DNA of 64,000 nt, taken from positions 1,430 through 65,429 of the forward strand of contig JBHEOB010000002.1 of NCBI GenBank assembly GCA_046261775.1, in the 5' to 3' direction. Both the position numbers and the translations under genes were made by a program. This document shows positions 31,199 through 40,637 of the stretch, in pieces (position 1 is the first letter of the stretch; each line of letters opens with the position of its first letter). The notes beneath the pieces were generated by a model that was given only the letters and a program-made list of their open reading frames with translations, did no database searches and was not told the origin of the DNA. This DNA is from Guyparkeria sp. (GTDB taxonomy: Bacteria > Pseudomonadota > Gammaproteobacteria > Halothiobacillales > Halothiobacillaceae).

Positions 31199-32005
31199 AT
31201 GCAAAGAAGAGCCATCACGACCCGCCTGTCAGCCACCGCCCTGCCCGCGACACTGTTCGCCGCCGGGCTCGCCGTCCAGACGCCCGCTCTGGCCGACAAC
31301 CACGGCGGCACCTGGGAGCCCAGTGGCGAGGACATCGGCTACCAGGTCGACGGCGAGGCCTTCGAGGGTTACCTGTCATCGGCCGAGGGCGAATCGCGCG
31401 GCACGGTGCTGGTCATCCACGACTGGGACGGCATCGATGACTACGAGCGCAAGCGTGCCGACATGATCGCGGCGATGGGCTTCGACGCCTTTGCCGTCGA
31501 CCTCTACGGCGAGGGCAACCGGCCGCAGGAAACTGGCGCCAAGAAGACCGAGACCCAACGGCTCTACCAGGACCGCGAGCGCATGCAGACGCTCACGCGC
31601 GCCGGGCTCGAGTTCGCCCGCGAGCAGGGCGTGGCCGAGGAGACGGTCGTCATGGGGTACTGCTTCGGCGGTGCCGTGGTGCTGGAGGCGGCTCGCAACG
31701 GGCTGATCGATCAGGTCGCGGGCTACGCCACCTTCCACGGCGGCTTGGGCACGCCCGAAGGCCAGAGCTGGTCCGACCCGAGTGTGCCCGTCCTGATCGC
31801 CCATGGCGGGGCCGACTCGATGGTTTCGATGGAAGACGTGGCAACCCTGACAGGCGAGCTTGAGGACGTCGGCGCGACCTACACCATCGAGGTCTACTCC
31901 GGTGCCCCGCACGCCTTCACGATCTTCGACACCGGCGCCTACCAGGAACGAGCCGACCGGCAATCTTGGACGGCGTTCACCGGACTGCTCGACGAAGCGT
32001 TCTGA
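31199..32005 (+). CDS. Dienelactone hydrolase family protein, secreted
   Basis: Signal peptide, HDWDG, nucleophile GYCFGG, FHG, HGGAD, PHAF. Confidence 0.88.
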   Translation: MQRRAITTRLSATALPATLFAAGLAVQTPALADNHGGTWEPSGEDIGYQVDGEAFEGYLSSAEGESRGTVLVIHDWDGIDDYERKRADMIAAMGFDAFAVDLYGEGNRPQETGAKKTETQRLYQDRERMQTLTRAGLEFAREQGVAEETVVMGYCFGGAVVLEAARNGLIDQVAGYATFHGGLGTPEGQSWSDPSVPVLIAHGGADSMVSMEDVATLTGELEDVGATYTIEVYSGAPHAFTIFDTGAYQERADRQSWTAFTGLLDEAF

Positions 32006-32027
32006 AATCAACCGCCGGTAGAACCAT

Positions 32028-32055
32028 AAAGGCCCGACAGAAAGTCGGGCCTTTT
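32028..32055 (+). terminator. Rho-independent terminator (probably bidirectional)
   Basis: AAAGGCCCGAC-AGAAA-GTCGGGCCTTTT immediately after the DLH gene. Confidence 0.85.
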
Positions 32056-32277
32056 CCGTTCAGGGTCTCGACACCTCGCCGCTCAGGCCCGCTGCCACCA
32101 GGTCCTGCGTGACTTGATCTTCTCGATGTGCTGTCGAACAGCACGGGAGGAAGCGACCGGCCGGGGAACGGGCACTGGCGGCCTCCCTTGACACGGGCTC
32201 ACACTTCCCCGCCCCGGCTCACTGCAGGGGTGTTTTGTTTGCGGATGCACGTCGGATCGACCGTGCTACCATGTAGC

Positions 32278-32297
32278 CACAACGTAGCTACGTTGTG
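32278..32297. promoter_or_regulatory. Perfect 20 bp palindrome, probable antitoxin (RHH) operator
   Basis: CACAACGTAGCTACGTTGTG, ~55 bp upstream of the dinJ/relB start. Confidence 0.7.
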
Positions 32298-32351
32298 CGA
32301 CGACAAGACAAACAAAGCAAATCCCTTCAACTCAAAGGAAGTGTGGTGGCC

Positions 32352-32630
32352 ATGACTACCAAAAAAGAAGCTCCTCTCGACGTGGTTCGCTCTCGCATCG
32401 ACCGCGAGACGAAACGCAAAGCGATGGCGGCCCTTGAGGAAATGGGCATGACGACCTCCGAGGCTATCCGCCTTCTCATGGTCCGCATCGGTGAAGAAAA
32501 ACGGCTGCCGTTCCCGGTCGAGGTGCCGAACTACCGGACTCGACAGGCAATGGCGGAACTCGAAACCGGGAACGGCACTCGCGCATCGAGCGCGGAGGAC
32601 GCCTTTCGACAGTTAGGCATAACGGAGTAA
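32352..32630 (+). CDS. RelB/DinJ-family antitoxin
   Basis: VVRSRID.ETK.KA..ALE.MG.T.SEAIRL......EKRLPF.VEVPN..T.QAM.E pattern. Confidence 0.9.
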   Translation: MTTKKEAPLDVVRSRIDRETKRKAMAALEEMGMTTSEAIRLLMVRIGEEKRLPFPVEVPNYRTRQAMAELETGNGTRASSAEDAFRQLGITE

Positions 32631-32633
32631 CGA

Positions 32634-32905
32634 ATGGCCTTAACGCTAGTCTGGTCGAGCCAGTTCAAACGTGACGTGAAACGCGCAAAAAACAAGGACA
32701 GGACATGCCGGCATTACAGCATGTCCTGGACCTGTTGATCGCGGGAGACGACCTCCCGGAGGAATGCCGGGATCATGGCTTGAACGGCAACTGGCGTGGG
32801 TTTCGGGACGCCCATATCGCCCCCGACTGGATCTTGGTGTACCGAATCACAGACACCGAACTTCAACTAGCCCGCCTTGGGTCACATGCCCTAGTGTTCG
32901 GGTGA
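32634..32905 (+). pseudogene. yafQ: YafQ-family mRNA interferase toxin, frameshifted
   Basis: MALTLVWSSQFKRDVKRAK from 32634 and ..DHGLNGNWRGFRDAHIAPDWILVY..LARLGSHALVF lie in different frames. One extra A in the A6 run at 32687-32692 would join them (AKKQGQDM). Confidence 0.85.
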
Positions 32906-32985
32906 ACACGATACGCTCCAATGACGGAGGCAGGACAGGCGAACACCTTTGCAGAAATCGGCATTCTGAGAAGATGACAGCGGAG

Positions 32986-33013
32986 CTGTTCAGAAAATCC
33001 ATTTTCTGAACAG
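32986..33013. promoter_or_regulatory. Perfect 13 bp-arm palindrome, unassigned operator or element end
   Basis: CTGTTCAGAAAAT-CC-ATTTTCTGAACAG, followed by TGGTATCTT (extended -10-like). Confidence 0.45.
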
Positions 33014-33140
33014 GTGGTATCTTCGATCACATGGCGCCCCGAATGCGACATGAGCACCTCCCACCTGCCGGACCGCTGGAAACTCCATCAGGCGTCCTTG
33101 CCGATCGCGTGAGCGCCCACCACCTCTCGACATCGAGCGG

Positions 33141-33605
<465 letters not shown>

Positions 33606-34004
33606 TCACGCAGCCGAGTCCGACCACTCCACCCGCACCACGAGCCGCTGCCACGGAGCGCCATCCTCGCGACGCTCGCTGATGGTGGCGGTCAGGTGTT
33701 CGCCTCGGTCGAGCATCTGGGCGACGGCCACGTTCTCGATGCGCGGCAGGTAGCCGAGCTTGTGGCCTTGCCAGTCGAGGCGCACGGCGCGGCGGTCGAA
33801 GCGGTTGTCCGCTTCGCGCACCAGGTCGATGCGCTGTCCGACGGTCATCCGGCCGAACACGGCGGGGCCGTCGTGGTACTGGAAGCCGGCCACGGGGGAT
33901 TCCTGGATGACGAGATGCCGCGGCGCTCGGGCGCGTGCGGGGGCAGCGATGAATCCGGTGGCGGCCAGCAGGCCGGTGAGGAACGCGCGTCTGTTCATGG
34001 TCAT
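33606..34004 (-). CDS. Stand-alone HIRAN domain protein with twin-arginine-like signal peptide
   Basis: VAGFQY, LVREADNRFDRRAV, KLGYLPR are HIRAN motifs. N-terminus MNRRAFLTGLLAATGFIAAPARA. Confidence 0.85.
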   Translation of the reverse strand: MTMNRRAFLTGLLAATGFIAAPARARAPRHLVIQESPVAGFQYHDGPAVFGRMTVGQRIDLVREADNRFDRRAVRLDWQGHKLGYLPRIENVAVAQMLDRGEHLTATISERREDGAPWQRLVVRVEWSDSAA

Positions 34005-35035
34005 GTCTCCCTGTTCCGGTCCTGGTTCTCCGGGGAATGGACGACACGGTACGACGCGTCTTGCTCAGATCCTGAGTATTTCCCAACCATGCGGCGAATC
34101 TCGTCTTGGACTCGTTCGCGCAGCTCGGGCGGGGCGAGCACCTCGACCTCGCCGCCGTGGCGGAGGATGTCGCCGACGAGTTCGCGGGGGTCGGTGTAGG
34201 GGAAGTCGAGGCGGTAGCTGCCGTCGGGTTCGTGGCGGCCGTTCTGGTCTGGATGCCAGCGTTCGCCGGCGACCCAGCGGGCGCGTTCGGGAGAAAAGCG
34301 CAGCTCGGCGCACCGGGTGGTCGTCCCGGCGAAGATGCCGAAGCCGTGGTCGAGCTGGGCGAGGGTTTCCGCCGAGCAGTCGGCAGCCGGCTCGGGGAGG
34401 CGGACGGGTGTCTGGATGCGATCCAGCGAGAAGCGCCGCAGGCCGTCGCGGCGATGGCACCACGCGTCGAGATACCAGTTGTCGCGGTAGTGGGTCAGCC
34501 GCTGCGGCGAGACGGTGCGCGATTCGCTGCGATCACGGGTGCGACCGTGGTAGAGGAAGCCCAGTCGGCGGCGTTCCAGCGTCGCCCCGGCGAGGGCGGT
34601 GAACACGGGCGAGGCGACGCTCTCCCGGTGAAAGACGGGCTGGAAGTTGAGCCGCCGGGCGATCTCGCCGGGGTCCACGTGATGAGAGGCGCGACGCAGG
34701 AGCTGGTCGATCTGCTCTCCCAGCGGGCGGATGTGTTCGTCGAGCAGTCCTTCGCCCAGTTCGCGCAGCAGGGCCTGGACTGTGAGCAGGGCGCGCAGTT
34801 CGTCGGCGGTGAACCACAGGCCGGGCAGTTCGAAACCCTGGGTGGAATCGAGGCGATAGCCCTGTTCGCGGACGGTCTCGATCGGCGCGCCGAGCATGTC
34901 GCGCAGGAAGGCGATGTCGCGGGTCAGGGTGGCCTGGCTGCATGCCAGGCGATCCATCAGCTCGTCGCCGGGGACCGGGCCGCGTCGGCCACGCAGCACC
35001 TGGTGCAAATGAAAAATTCGATCGAGCCGATCCAT
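34001..35035 (-). CDS. HTH-WYL-WCX transcriptional regulator (YafY/PafB/DriD-like)
   Basis: HTH (CSQATLTRDIAFLRD), R.VSPQRL..YRDNWYLDAWC..R...R.F.LDRI, WCX (ELVGDIL.HG..VEVLAP.ELR). Confidence 0.92.
   Translation of the reverse strand: MDRLDRIFHLHQVLRGRRGPVPGDELMDRLACSQATLTRDIAFLRDMLGAPIETVREQGYRLDSTQGFELPGLWFTADELRALLTVQALLRELGEGLLDEHIRPLGEQIDQLLRRASHHVDPGEIARRLNFQPVFHRESVASPVFTALAGATLERRRLGFLYHGRTRDRSESRTVSPQRLTHYRDNWYLDAWCHRRDGLRRFSLDRIQTPVRLPEPAADCSAETLAQLDHGFGIFAGTTTRCAELRFSPERARWVAGERWHPDQNGRHEPDGSYRLDFPYTDPRELVGDILRHGGEVEVLAPPELRERVQDEIRRMVGKYSGSEQDASYRVVHSPENQDRNRET
34062..34078 (-). promoter_or_regulatory. Candidate WYL-regulator box upstream of the HIRAN gene
   Basis: Near-perfect palindrome TACTCAG-GAT-CTGAGCA, followed 10 nt later by the -10-like TACCGT on the minus strand, ~60 bp before the HIRAN ATG. 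Confidence 0.5.
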
Positions 35036-35180
35036 CCATGCCCCACAATCCATTGCCTGCGAACGTTCACGATAGGACGGGGAATGAATTGGAGCAAGGC
35101 AGCCTCCTCATGGTTCGAGAGACCGCGCTTCCAGCGAAACGGATGGTGCCCTTGAACTCCCTGAGCGTTGGGGACAAGCT

Positions 35181-35405
35181 TCAGCTTTCCCGACGTGCCC
35201 GACCAAGCAAGCGATGTCGAATCCAACGCACCAGCCTTCGGGTCTCGATCCAGAGGAGCAATACGCCGAGGGTCAACGGCAGCAGCGCGGCAAGTCTGGC
35301 GATGCCCTCGAAACGGAAGACGGCTGCGCTGCTCGCGGCGGGGAGTTCTCCGTCGACGGCGATGAGCCAAGCCAGGGCAAGGACACCGTTGGCGAGCAGC
35401 ACCAT
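35181..35405 (-). CDS. Small 2-TM hypothetical membrane protein
   Basis: MVLLANGVLALAWLIAV..LAALLPLTLGVLLLW, with a basic tail. Start uncertain. Confidence 0.4.
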   Translation of the reverse strand: MVLLANGVLALAWLIAVDGELPAASSAAVFRFEGIARLAALLPLTLGVLLLWIETRRLVRWIRHRLLGRARRES

Positions 35406-35488
35406 CCATAATGATTGGAGCGGGCCTCTGCGATGGCCCTCGGGCTTGTCCTCCGTGTTCCCTCGTCGTTCGTCCCTGATTTTCGTTT

Positions 35489-36766
35489 CTACTCGTCCGG
35501 CACGAACTCGAGCACATTGCCGTTGATGCAGTAGCGCTTGCCGGTCGGCGGCGGGCCGTCCTCGAAGACGTGGCCCAGGTGGATGCCGGAGCTGGCGCTG
35601 CGCACTTCGGTGCGCCGCATGCCGTGGGAGTCGTCCTCGTGGAGGGTAATCGCGCCCTCGACGGGCTGGAAGAAGCTCGGCCAGCCGCTGCCGCTCTCGA
35701 ACTTGGCATCGGTGCGGAACAGCGGCGCGCCGGTGATCGGGTCGACGAAGGTGCCGGGGCGCTTCTCGTCGAGGTGCGAGCCGGTGAACGCCCGCTCGGT
35801 ACCCTGCTCGAAGGCGATGCGCTGCTGTTCGGGGGTGAGCAACTGGAAGCCCAGCCATTCCCAGAAGCGCTCGGTGTCTCCCTTGTAGCCGGTGTAGCGC
35901 GAGACCTCCTCGCCGTTCTCGAACAGCACGATGGTGGGCGTGGCGAACAGGGGCTTGGCCAGTGCCCACTCCGCCGGCGGGCGGGGGACCATCGTGGTCA
36001 CGACGGGGACCGGCGACTGCCAGTCGTCGAGGATATCGGCCCGAAACTGCTTGCAGAAGGGGCAATTCTCGGACTCGAAAACGATCAACTGCCGATCGGT
36101 ATTGAGAGAGTCGGCCGATAGCGGCTCGGATTTCTTTTCACTCGACGCGGTCACGTTGCCGGGATAATCCACCTCGGTCCCGCCAAGACCACAGTACCCG
36201 TCGGGGTTTTTCTCCAGGTAGTCCTGGTGGTACGCCTCGGCACGATTGTAGTGTTTCAGCGGCGCGATCTCGGTGGTGATCCGGCCATAACCGGCATCGG
36301 TCAAGGCCTGCTGATAGACGTCCCGGCTTTTTTCGGCGAGACGTGTCTGCTCGTCGGTGGTGGTGTAGATCGCGCTGCGATAGTTGCTGCCGATGTCATT
36401 GCCCTGCCGGTCGCCCTGTGTTGGATTGTGATTCTCCCAGAAGCCGGCCAGCAATCGCTCGGTGGAGATAACGTCGGAATCATAGGTCACATGCACCACC
36501 TCAGCGTGGTTGCGTGAGTCGCTTTCGCCCCGTCGGATCGCCCGCTCGAGTTCGAGGACGTCGCGGTAACCCACCTCTTCCGCCTCACCGCCGGCAAAGC
36601 CGCTTTCCACGTCGAGCACGCCATCGAAGGCGGCCATACGCTGTTCGGCACCCCAGAAACAGCCCATGCCGAAGGCGATCGTCTGGGTCTGGGCGAAGAC
36701 GGGCTGAGAAACCACAAAAAGGGCCATGGTGACCAGCGAGGCCAACAGCCGGATAAATCGGAACAT
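35489..36766 (-). CDS. msrAB: Exported MsrA-thioredoxin-like-MsrB fusion (peptide methionine sulfoxide reductase)
   Basis: Signal peptide; MsrA motifs GCFWG, YHQDY, GYC; central CPFC..TPT thioredoxin fold; MsrB motifs SGSGWPSF, HLGHVF.DGP, RYCIN. Confidence 0.85.
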   Translation of the reverse strand: MFRFIRLLASLVTMALFVVSQPVFAQTQTIAFGMGCFWGAEQRMAAFDGVLDVESGFAGGEAEEVGYRDVLELERAIRRGESDSRNHAEVVHVTYDSDVISTERLLAGFWENHNPTQGDRQGNDIGSNYRSAIYTTTDEQTRLAEKSRDVYQQALTDAGYGRITTEIAPLKHYNRAEAYHQDYLEKNPDGYCGLGGTEVDYPGNVTASSEKKSEPLSADSLNTDRQLIVFESENCPFCKQFRADILDDWQSPVPVVTTMVPRPPAEWALAKPLFATPTIVLFENGEEVSRYTGYKGDTERFWEWLGFQLLTPEQQRIAFEQGTERAFTGSHLDEKRPGTFVDPITGAPLFRTDAKFESGSGWPSFFQPVEGAITLHEDDSHGMRRTEVRSASSGIHLGHVFEDGPPPTGKRYCINGNVLEFVPDE

Positions 36767-36896
36767 CAAGACCCCCGACGGACACGATCTGAGTCGTCGT
36801 CCAGAAAGTGTGTGGGCTGTTCGGCCATCGGAGTAACGGAAAGTTGCATCCGCCCAGCCAGGGCGAGCGACCGATGCGCAACCCACCGGCGCCCGA

Positions 36897-37682
36897 TCAG
36901 GCGTCGGGGCGTTTCTGCGCGAAGTGGCCGGTGAACTCCTGGAAGGCGTTGGTCAGCTCGATCGGCAGCGGGAAGAACACCGAGCTGGTCTTGCCATTGG
37001 TCGCCATGTCGGCCATGGTCTGCAGGTAGCGCAACTGCAGCGCCGCGGGGCTGTCCTTCATCATGTCCGCGGCCTGAACCAGCTTTTCGGCAGCCTGCAG
37101 CTCGCCCTCGGCATGGATGACCTTGGCGCGACGCTCGCGCTCGGCCTCGGCCTGTCGCGCAATGGCGCGGATCATCGACTCGTCGAGGTCGACGTGCTTG
37201 ATCTCGACATTGGTGACCTTGATGCCCCAGGCGTCGGTTTGCCTGTCGAGGATCTCCTGGATATCACTGTTGAGCTTGTCGCGCTCGGAGAGCATCTCGT
37301 CAAGCTCGTGCTTACCGAGCACCGACCGCAAGGTGGTCTGGGCCAACTGGCTGGTGGCCTGATTGAAATTCTCCACCTGAATCACGGCGCGTTCCGAATC
37401 GACCACGCGAAAATAGAGCACGGCGTTGACCCGCACGGTGACGTTGTCCTGCGAGATCACGTCCTGACTCGGCACGTCCAGCGTGATGATGCGCAGGTCC
37501 ACCCTGACCATCTGCTGAATCACCGGGATGACTATGATCAGCCCGGGACCCTTTACCCGCTGGAACCGGCCCAGGAAAAACACCACACCACGCTCGTACT
37601 CGCGCAGCACCCGCAGCGACATCGCGATGATCGCGACCAGTATGACCAGCGGCACTACCACAAAACCGAAATTGCCCAGCAT
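36897..37682 (-). CDS. Slipin / stomatin-like SPFH (band 7) protein
   Basis: [40 protein letters not shown]. Confidence 0.92.
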   Translation of the reverse strand: MLGNFGFVVVPLVILVAIIAMSLRVLREYERGVVFFLGRFQRVKGPGLIIVIPVIQQMVRVDLRIITLDVPSQDVISQDNVTVRVNAVLYFRVVDSERAVIQVENFNQATSQLAQTTLRSVLGKHELDEMLSERDKLNSDIQEILDRQTDAWGIKVTNVEIKHVDLDESMIRAIARQAEAERERRAKVIHAEGELQAAEKLVQAADMMKDSPAALQLRYLQTMADMATNGKTSSVFFPLPIELTNAFQEFTGHFAQKRPDA

Positions 37683-37730
37683 CGTCCTTCTCCTCCCGGG
37701 CCTGTCGGCCCTCGGTTATCGATTATCGTC

Positions 37731-39194
37731 TTATTCCACCGGCTCGACGGTCAACGTCAGGCCATCGATCGCCCGCACTCGCACGGCCTGTCCCGAACGG
37801 ACAGGCGTCCGTGTTCGGGCGTTCCACAATTCACTGTGGACCCACACCCGGCCGGCCGATTCGAAATCTTCCTTGGCGACACCCTGCATGCCGATCATCT
37901 CCTCGTAGCCGGTCGCCGGTTTCTTGCGGCGCACGTCGAGAAAACGTCCCAGCACCCAGATGGAAAAACCGGCGATGGCGATGGCCACGCCGATGATCAG
38001 GGGAAGTGCCACGTTCAGGTTGGGGTCGTCCCAGAGCATGATGGATCCTGCGGTGAAGGCGGCCAGACCGCCGATGCCGAGCGCGCCAAAACTGGGCACG
38101 AACGCCTCGGCGATCATGAAGATTATCCCGAGCAGGATCAGCGCCAAGCCGGCGTAGTTCAGCGGCATGACCTGCAGGGCGAAGAAGGCCAGGATCAGGG
38201 CGATCGAGCCGATCGTCCCGGGGACGATCGCCCCGGGGTTTGCCAGCTCGAAGATGATGCCGTAGATCCCGACCAGGAGCAGGATGTACGCGACATTGGG
38301 ATTGGTGATCACCGCCAGGAGCTTGGCGCGCCAGTCCGGGTCCTCGCGGACCATCTCGATTCCCTGCGTCGACAGGGTGCGGCTCGCACCATTGACCATC
38401 ACCTCGCGGCCATCGAGCTGCGCGATCAGGTCGCCCACGTCATTGGCGACCACGTCGATGACGTTGCGCTCGAGCGCCTCGCGCGCACCGAGGTTAAAGC
38501 CCTCTCGCACGGCCGATTCGGCCCAGTCGGCATTGCGATCGTAGCGCTCGGCCAGCCCGCGGATGTAGGCAACGGCGTCTTCGAGCACCTTGCGCCCCAT
38601 GGCGTCTTCGCCACGGCGCGGCTCGGTCTCGCCATCCTCGGCATCGGTGCCGCTCGGCGCGTCTGCCGCCTCGCCCGACGCCTTGTCGGCATCGTCTTTT
38701 GCCGGCGTATCCGACGGCTCCTCCGGGGAAGGCATGCCCGGCAGTCCGCCCCCGCCCATCTGCACGGGAGTGGCCGAGCCGAGGTTGGTCGACGGGGTCA
38801 TGGCGGCGATGTGCGAGCCGTAGAGGATATAGGTGCCGGCACTGGCCGCCCGCGCCCCCGCAGGGTGGACGTAGCTCGCCACCGGAACGTCCGCCTGCAG
38901 AATCGCCTGGATCATCGATCGCATGCTGGAATCGAGGCCGCCGGGGGTATCGAGTTGCAGCACCACCAGTTCGGCACGCCGCTCCTCGGCGGTCTGGATG
39001 CCTCGCATGACGTAGTCGGCAGTCGCCGGGGTGATCGCATCCTGCACGGTCAGTAGCACGGCCTGCCGGCGATCGTCCTGCGCTGCGGCGACCGCCAGCC
39101 AGATCAACCCGGCCAGGATCAGGACCGGCCATGCCAACCGACGCCAGAAAGCGCGAGACGGACGTACTACAAATGTAGCCTGCATGCCGGTCAC
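37731..39194 (-). CDS. nfeD: NfeD-family membrane-bound serine protease
   Basis: LDTPGG, ARAASAG, TM region and C-terminal OB fold (SELWNA); canonical partner of slipin. Confidence 0.9.
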   Translation of the reverse strand: MTGMQATFVVRPSRAFWRRLAWPVLILAGLIWLAVAAAQDDRRQAVLLTVQDAITPATADYVMRGIQTAEERRAELVVLQLDTPGGLDSSMRSMIQAILQADVPVASYVHPAGARAASAGTYILYGSHIAAMTPSTNLGSATPVQMGGGGLPGMPSPEEPSDTPAKDDADKASGEAADAPSGTDAEDGETEPRRGEDAMGRKVLEDAVAYIRGLAERYDRNADWAESAVREGFNLGAREALERNVIDVVANDVGDLIAQLDGREVMVNGASRTLSTQGIEMVREDPDWRAKLLAVITNPNVAYILLLVGIYGIIFELANPGAIVPGTIGSIALILAFFALQVMPLNYAGLALILLGIIFMIAEAFVPSFGALGIGGLAAFTAGSIMLWDDPNLNVALPLIIGVAIAIAGFSIWVLGRFLDVRRKKPATGYEEMIGMQGVAKEDFESAGRVWVHSELWNARTRTPVRSGQAVRVRAIDGLTLTVEPVE

Positions 39195-39329
39195 ATCCTC
39201 CCTTTCGGTAACTGACGGCAGTTTCCATCAGAACCCATCAACAGCATAGGCCATCGACCTCAAGAGGACAGTGGCTGTCGAGGACAGGTCGGCACGAGCG
39301 AAGCCAGGGGAGTGGAGGCCCTACGATAG

Positions 39330-39350
39330 AGGCCGCCCCGTGGGCGGCCT
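39330..39350 (-). terminator. Probable terminator hairpin after moaA
   Basis: AGGCCGCCC-CGT-GGGCGGCCT; U-tract is weak. Confidence 0.5.
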
Positions 39351-39378
39351 AGCCAGATCATGCCGTGACGAACCGCGC

Positions 39379-40365
39379 TCAACCGCCGGTCATCGACATG
39401 AAGCGCACCACCTTCTCAGGCTTTTCCGTGAACTCGTGACGCTCGGGCTTGAGTCCGATCGCCTGAATAAGCGCTTCCTTGAGTTCGTCGTCGGGAATGC
39501 CCTTTCTCAGCAGCGCCCGGAACGAGAAGTGCTCCTCTTGACCTAGACACATGTACATCGTGCCGTCGCAAGCCAGCCGCACCCGATTGCAGGTCTCGCA
39601 GAAATGCTCGGACATCGGAGTGATAAAACCGACCATCGTGTCGGTGCCGGCTACCTGCAGGTAGCGCGCCGGGCCTGCGCCGGTGACAGAATTGACCGCT
39701 GGGATCAGGTCGTACTTCGCCTTGAGGCGTTTCTTGACGTCCTGAAGGTTCACGTAGTGATCGATGGCATCCCGACCGGTCTCGCCCATCGGCATGGTCT
39801 CGATCATGCGCAGGGTAAAGCCATTGTCGATGCAGTAGTCGAGCAGGTCCTCGATGTCGTACTCGTTAAGGCCCTTCATCACCACCGCGTTGATCTTGAT
39901 CGGCGAGAAGCCGGCGGCCTTCGCGGCTGCGAGCCCGTCGAGGACCTTGTCCACCTTGCCCTTGGTGATCTCTTTGAAGCGCTGTGGATCGAGGGTATCG
40001 AGACTGACGTTGATCCGGTCGGCACCGGCGGCCTTCAGGGACTCGGCCATCTTGTTCATGCGGGTGGCGTTGGTCGACAGCGACACGTCCTCGATCCCGG
40101 GCAGCGCCGCCACGCGGCCGACGATATCCTCGATGCCCTTGCGCAACAGCGGCTCGCCACCAGTGATGCGCACATGCGACAGGCCCATATCGGCCATCAC
40201 GCCCAGCAGACGCTCGATCTCGTCGGGGGTGAGCCAGTGCTCGGGCACCTCGAAGTCCTTGAAGCCGTCCGGCATGCAGTAGAAGCACCGCAGGTCGCAG
40301 CGGTCCGTCACGGACAGCCGCAGGTAGTCGATGGAACGGCCAAACGGGTCGGTCAACTGCTGCAT
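39379..40365 (-). CDS. moaA: GTP 3',8-cyclase MoaA
   Basis: Radical SAM motif CDLRCFYC, TGGEP, C-terminal FCETCNRVR..C and a terminal GG. Confidence 0.96.
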   Translation of the reverse strand: MQQLTDPFGRSIDYLRLSVTDRCDLRCFYCMPDGFKDFEVPEHWLTPDEIERLLGVMADMGLSHVRITGGEPLLRKGIEDIVGRVAALPGIEDVSLSTNATRMNKMAESLKAAGADRINVSLDTLDPQRFKEITKGKVDKVLDGLAAAKAAGFSPIKINAVVMKGLNEYDIEDLLDYCIDNGFTLRMIETMPMGETGRDAIDHYVNLQDVKKRLKAKYDLIPAVNSVTGAGPARYLQVAGTDTMVGFITPMSEHFCETCNRVRLACDGTMYMCLGQEEHFSFRALLRKGIPDDELKEALIQAIGLKPERHEFTEKPEKVVRFMSMTGG

Positions 40366-40534
40366 TTTCTCGTCAGCCCTTGCCTGGACCATGCGAACGC
40401 CCGGCTCGCATGGCTTTCGTCAATGTACGCGGCCGGCCGGACGGCCCACCGCTCGGGGTAAGAGGCCCGTTCGAGACCGAGGGGTCGGAGTCGATCTCGA
40501 CCGGGACCTGCGGTGCAGGAGCAAGTGAATCGTG

Positions 40535-40558
40535 CGTCATGTTCACTCGGACATAACG
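40535..40558. promoter_or_regulatory. ModE-type binding site
   Basis: CGTCATGT-N8-ACATAACG matches the ModE dyad CGTTAT(A/G)T-N8-A(C/T)ATAACG; upstream of moaA. Confidence 0.65.
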
Positions 40559-40637
40559 GTATCAGCCGCGCCCGAAAATGCAAGCGTTATGGCCGGCAAA
40601 ACCGAACGATCGATCCGTGCCGCTTGGCCAGCCGGGA

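Noticed and set aside
40393-40530. Moco riboswitch before moaA
   Set aside because: Hairpins are present but no recognisable Moco RNA motif; the ModE-type dyad is a better explanation.
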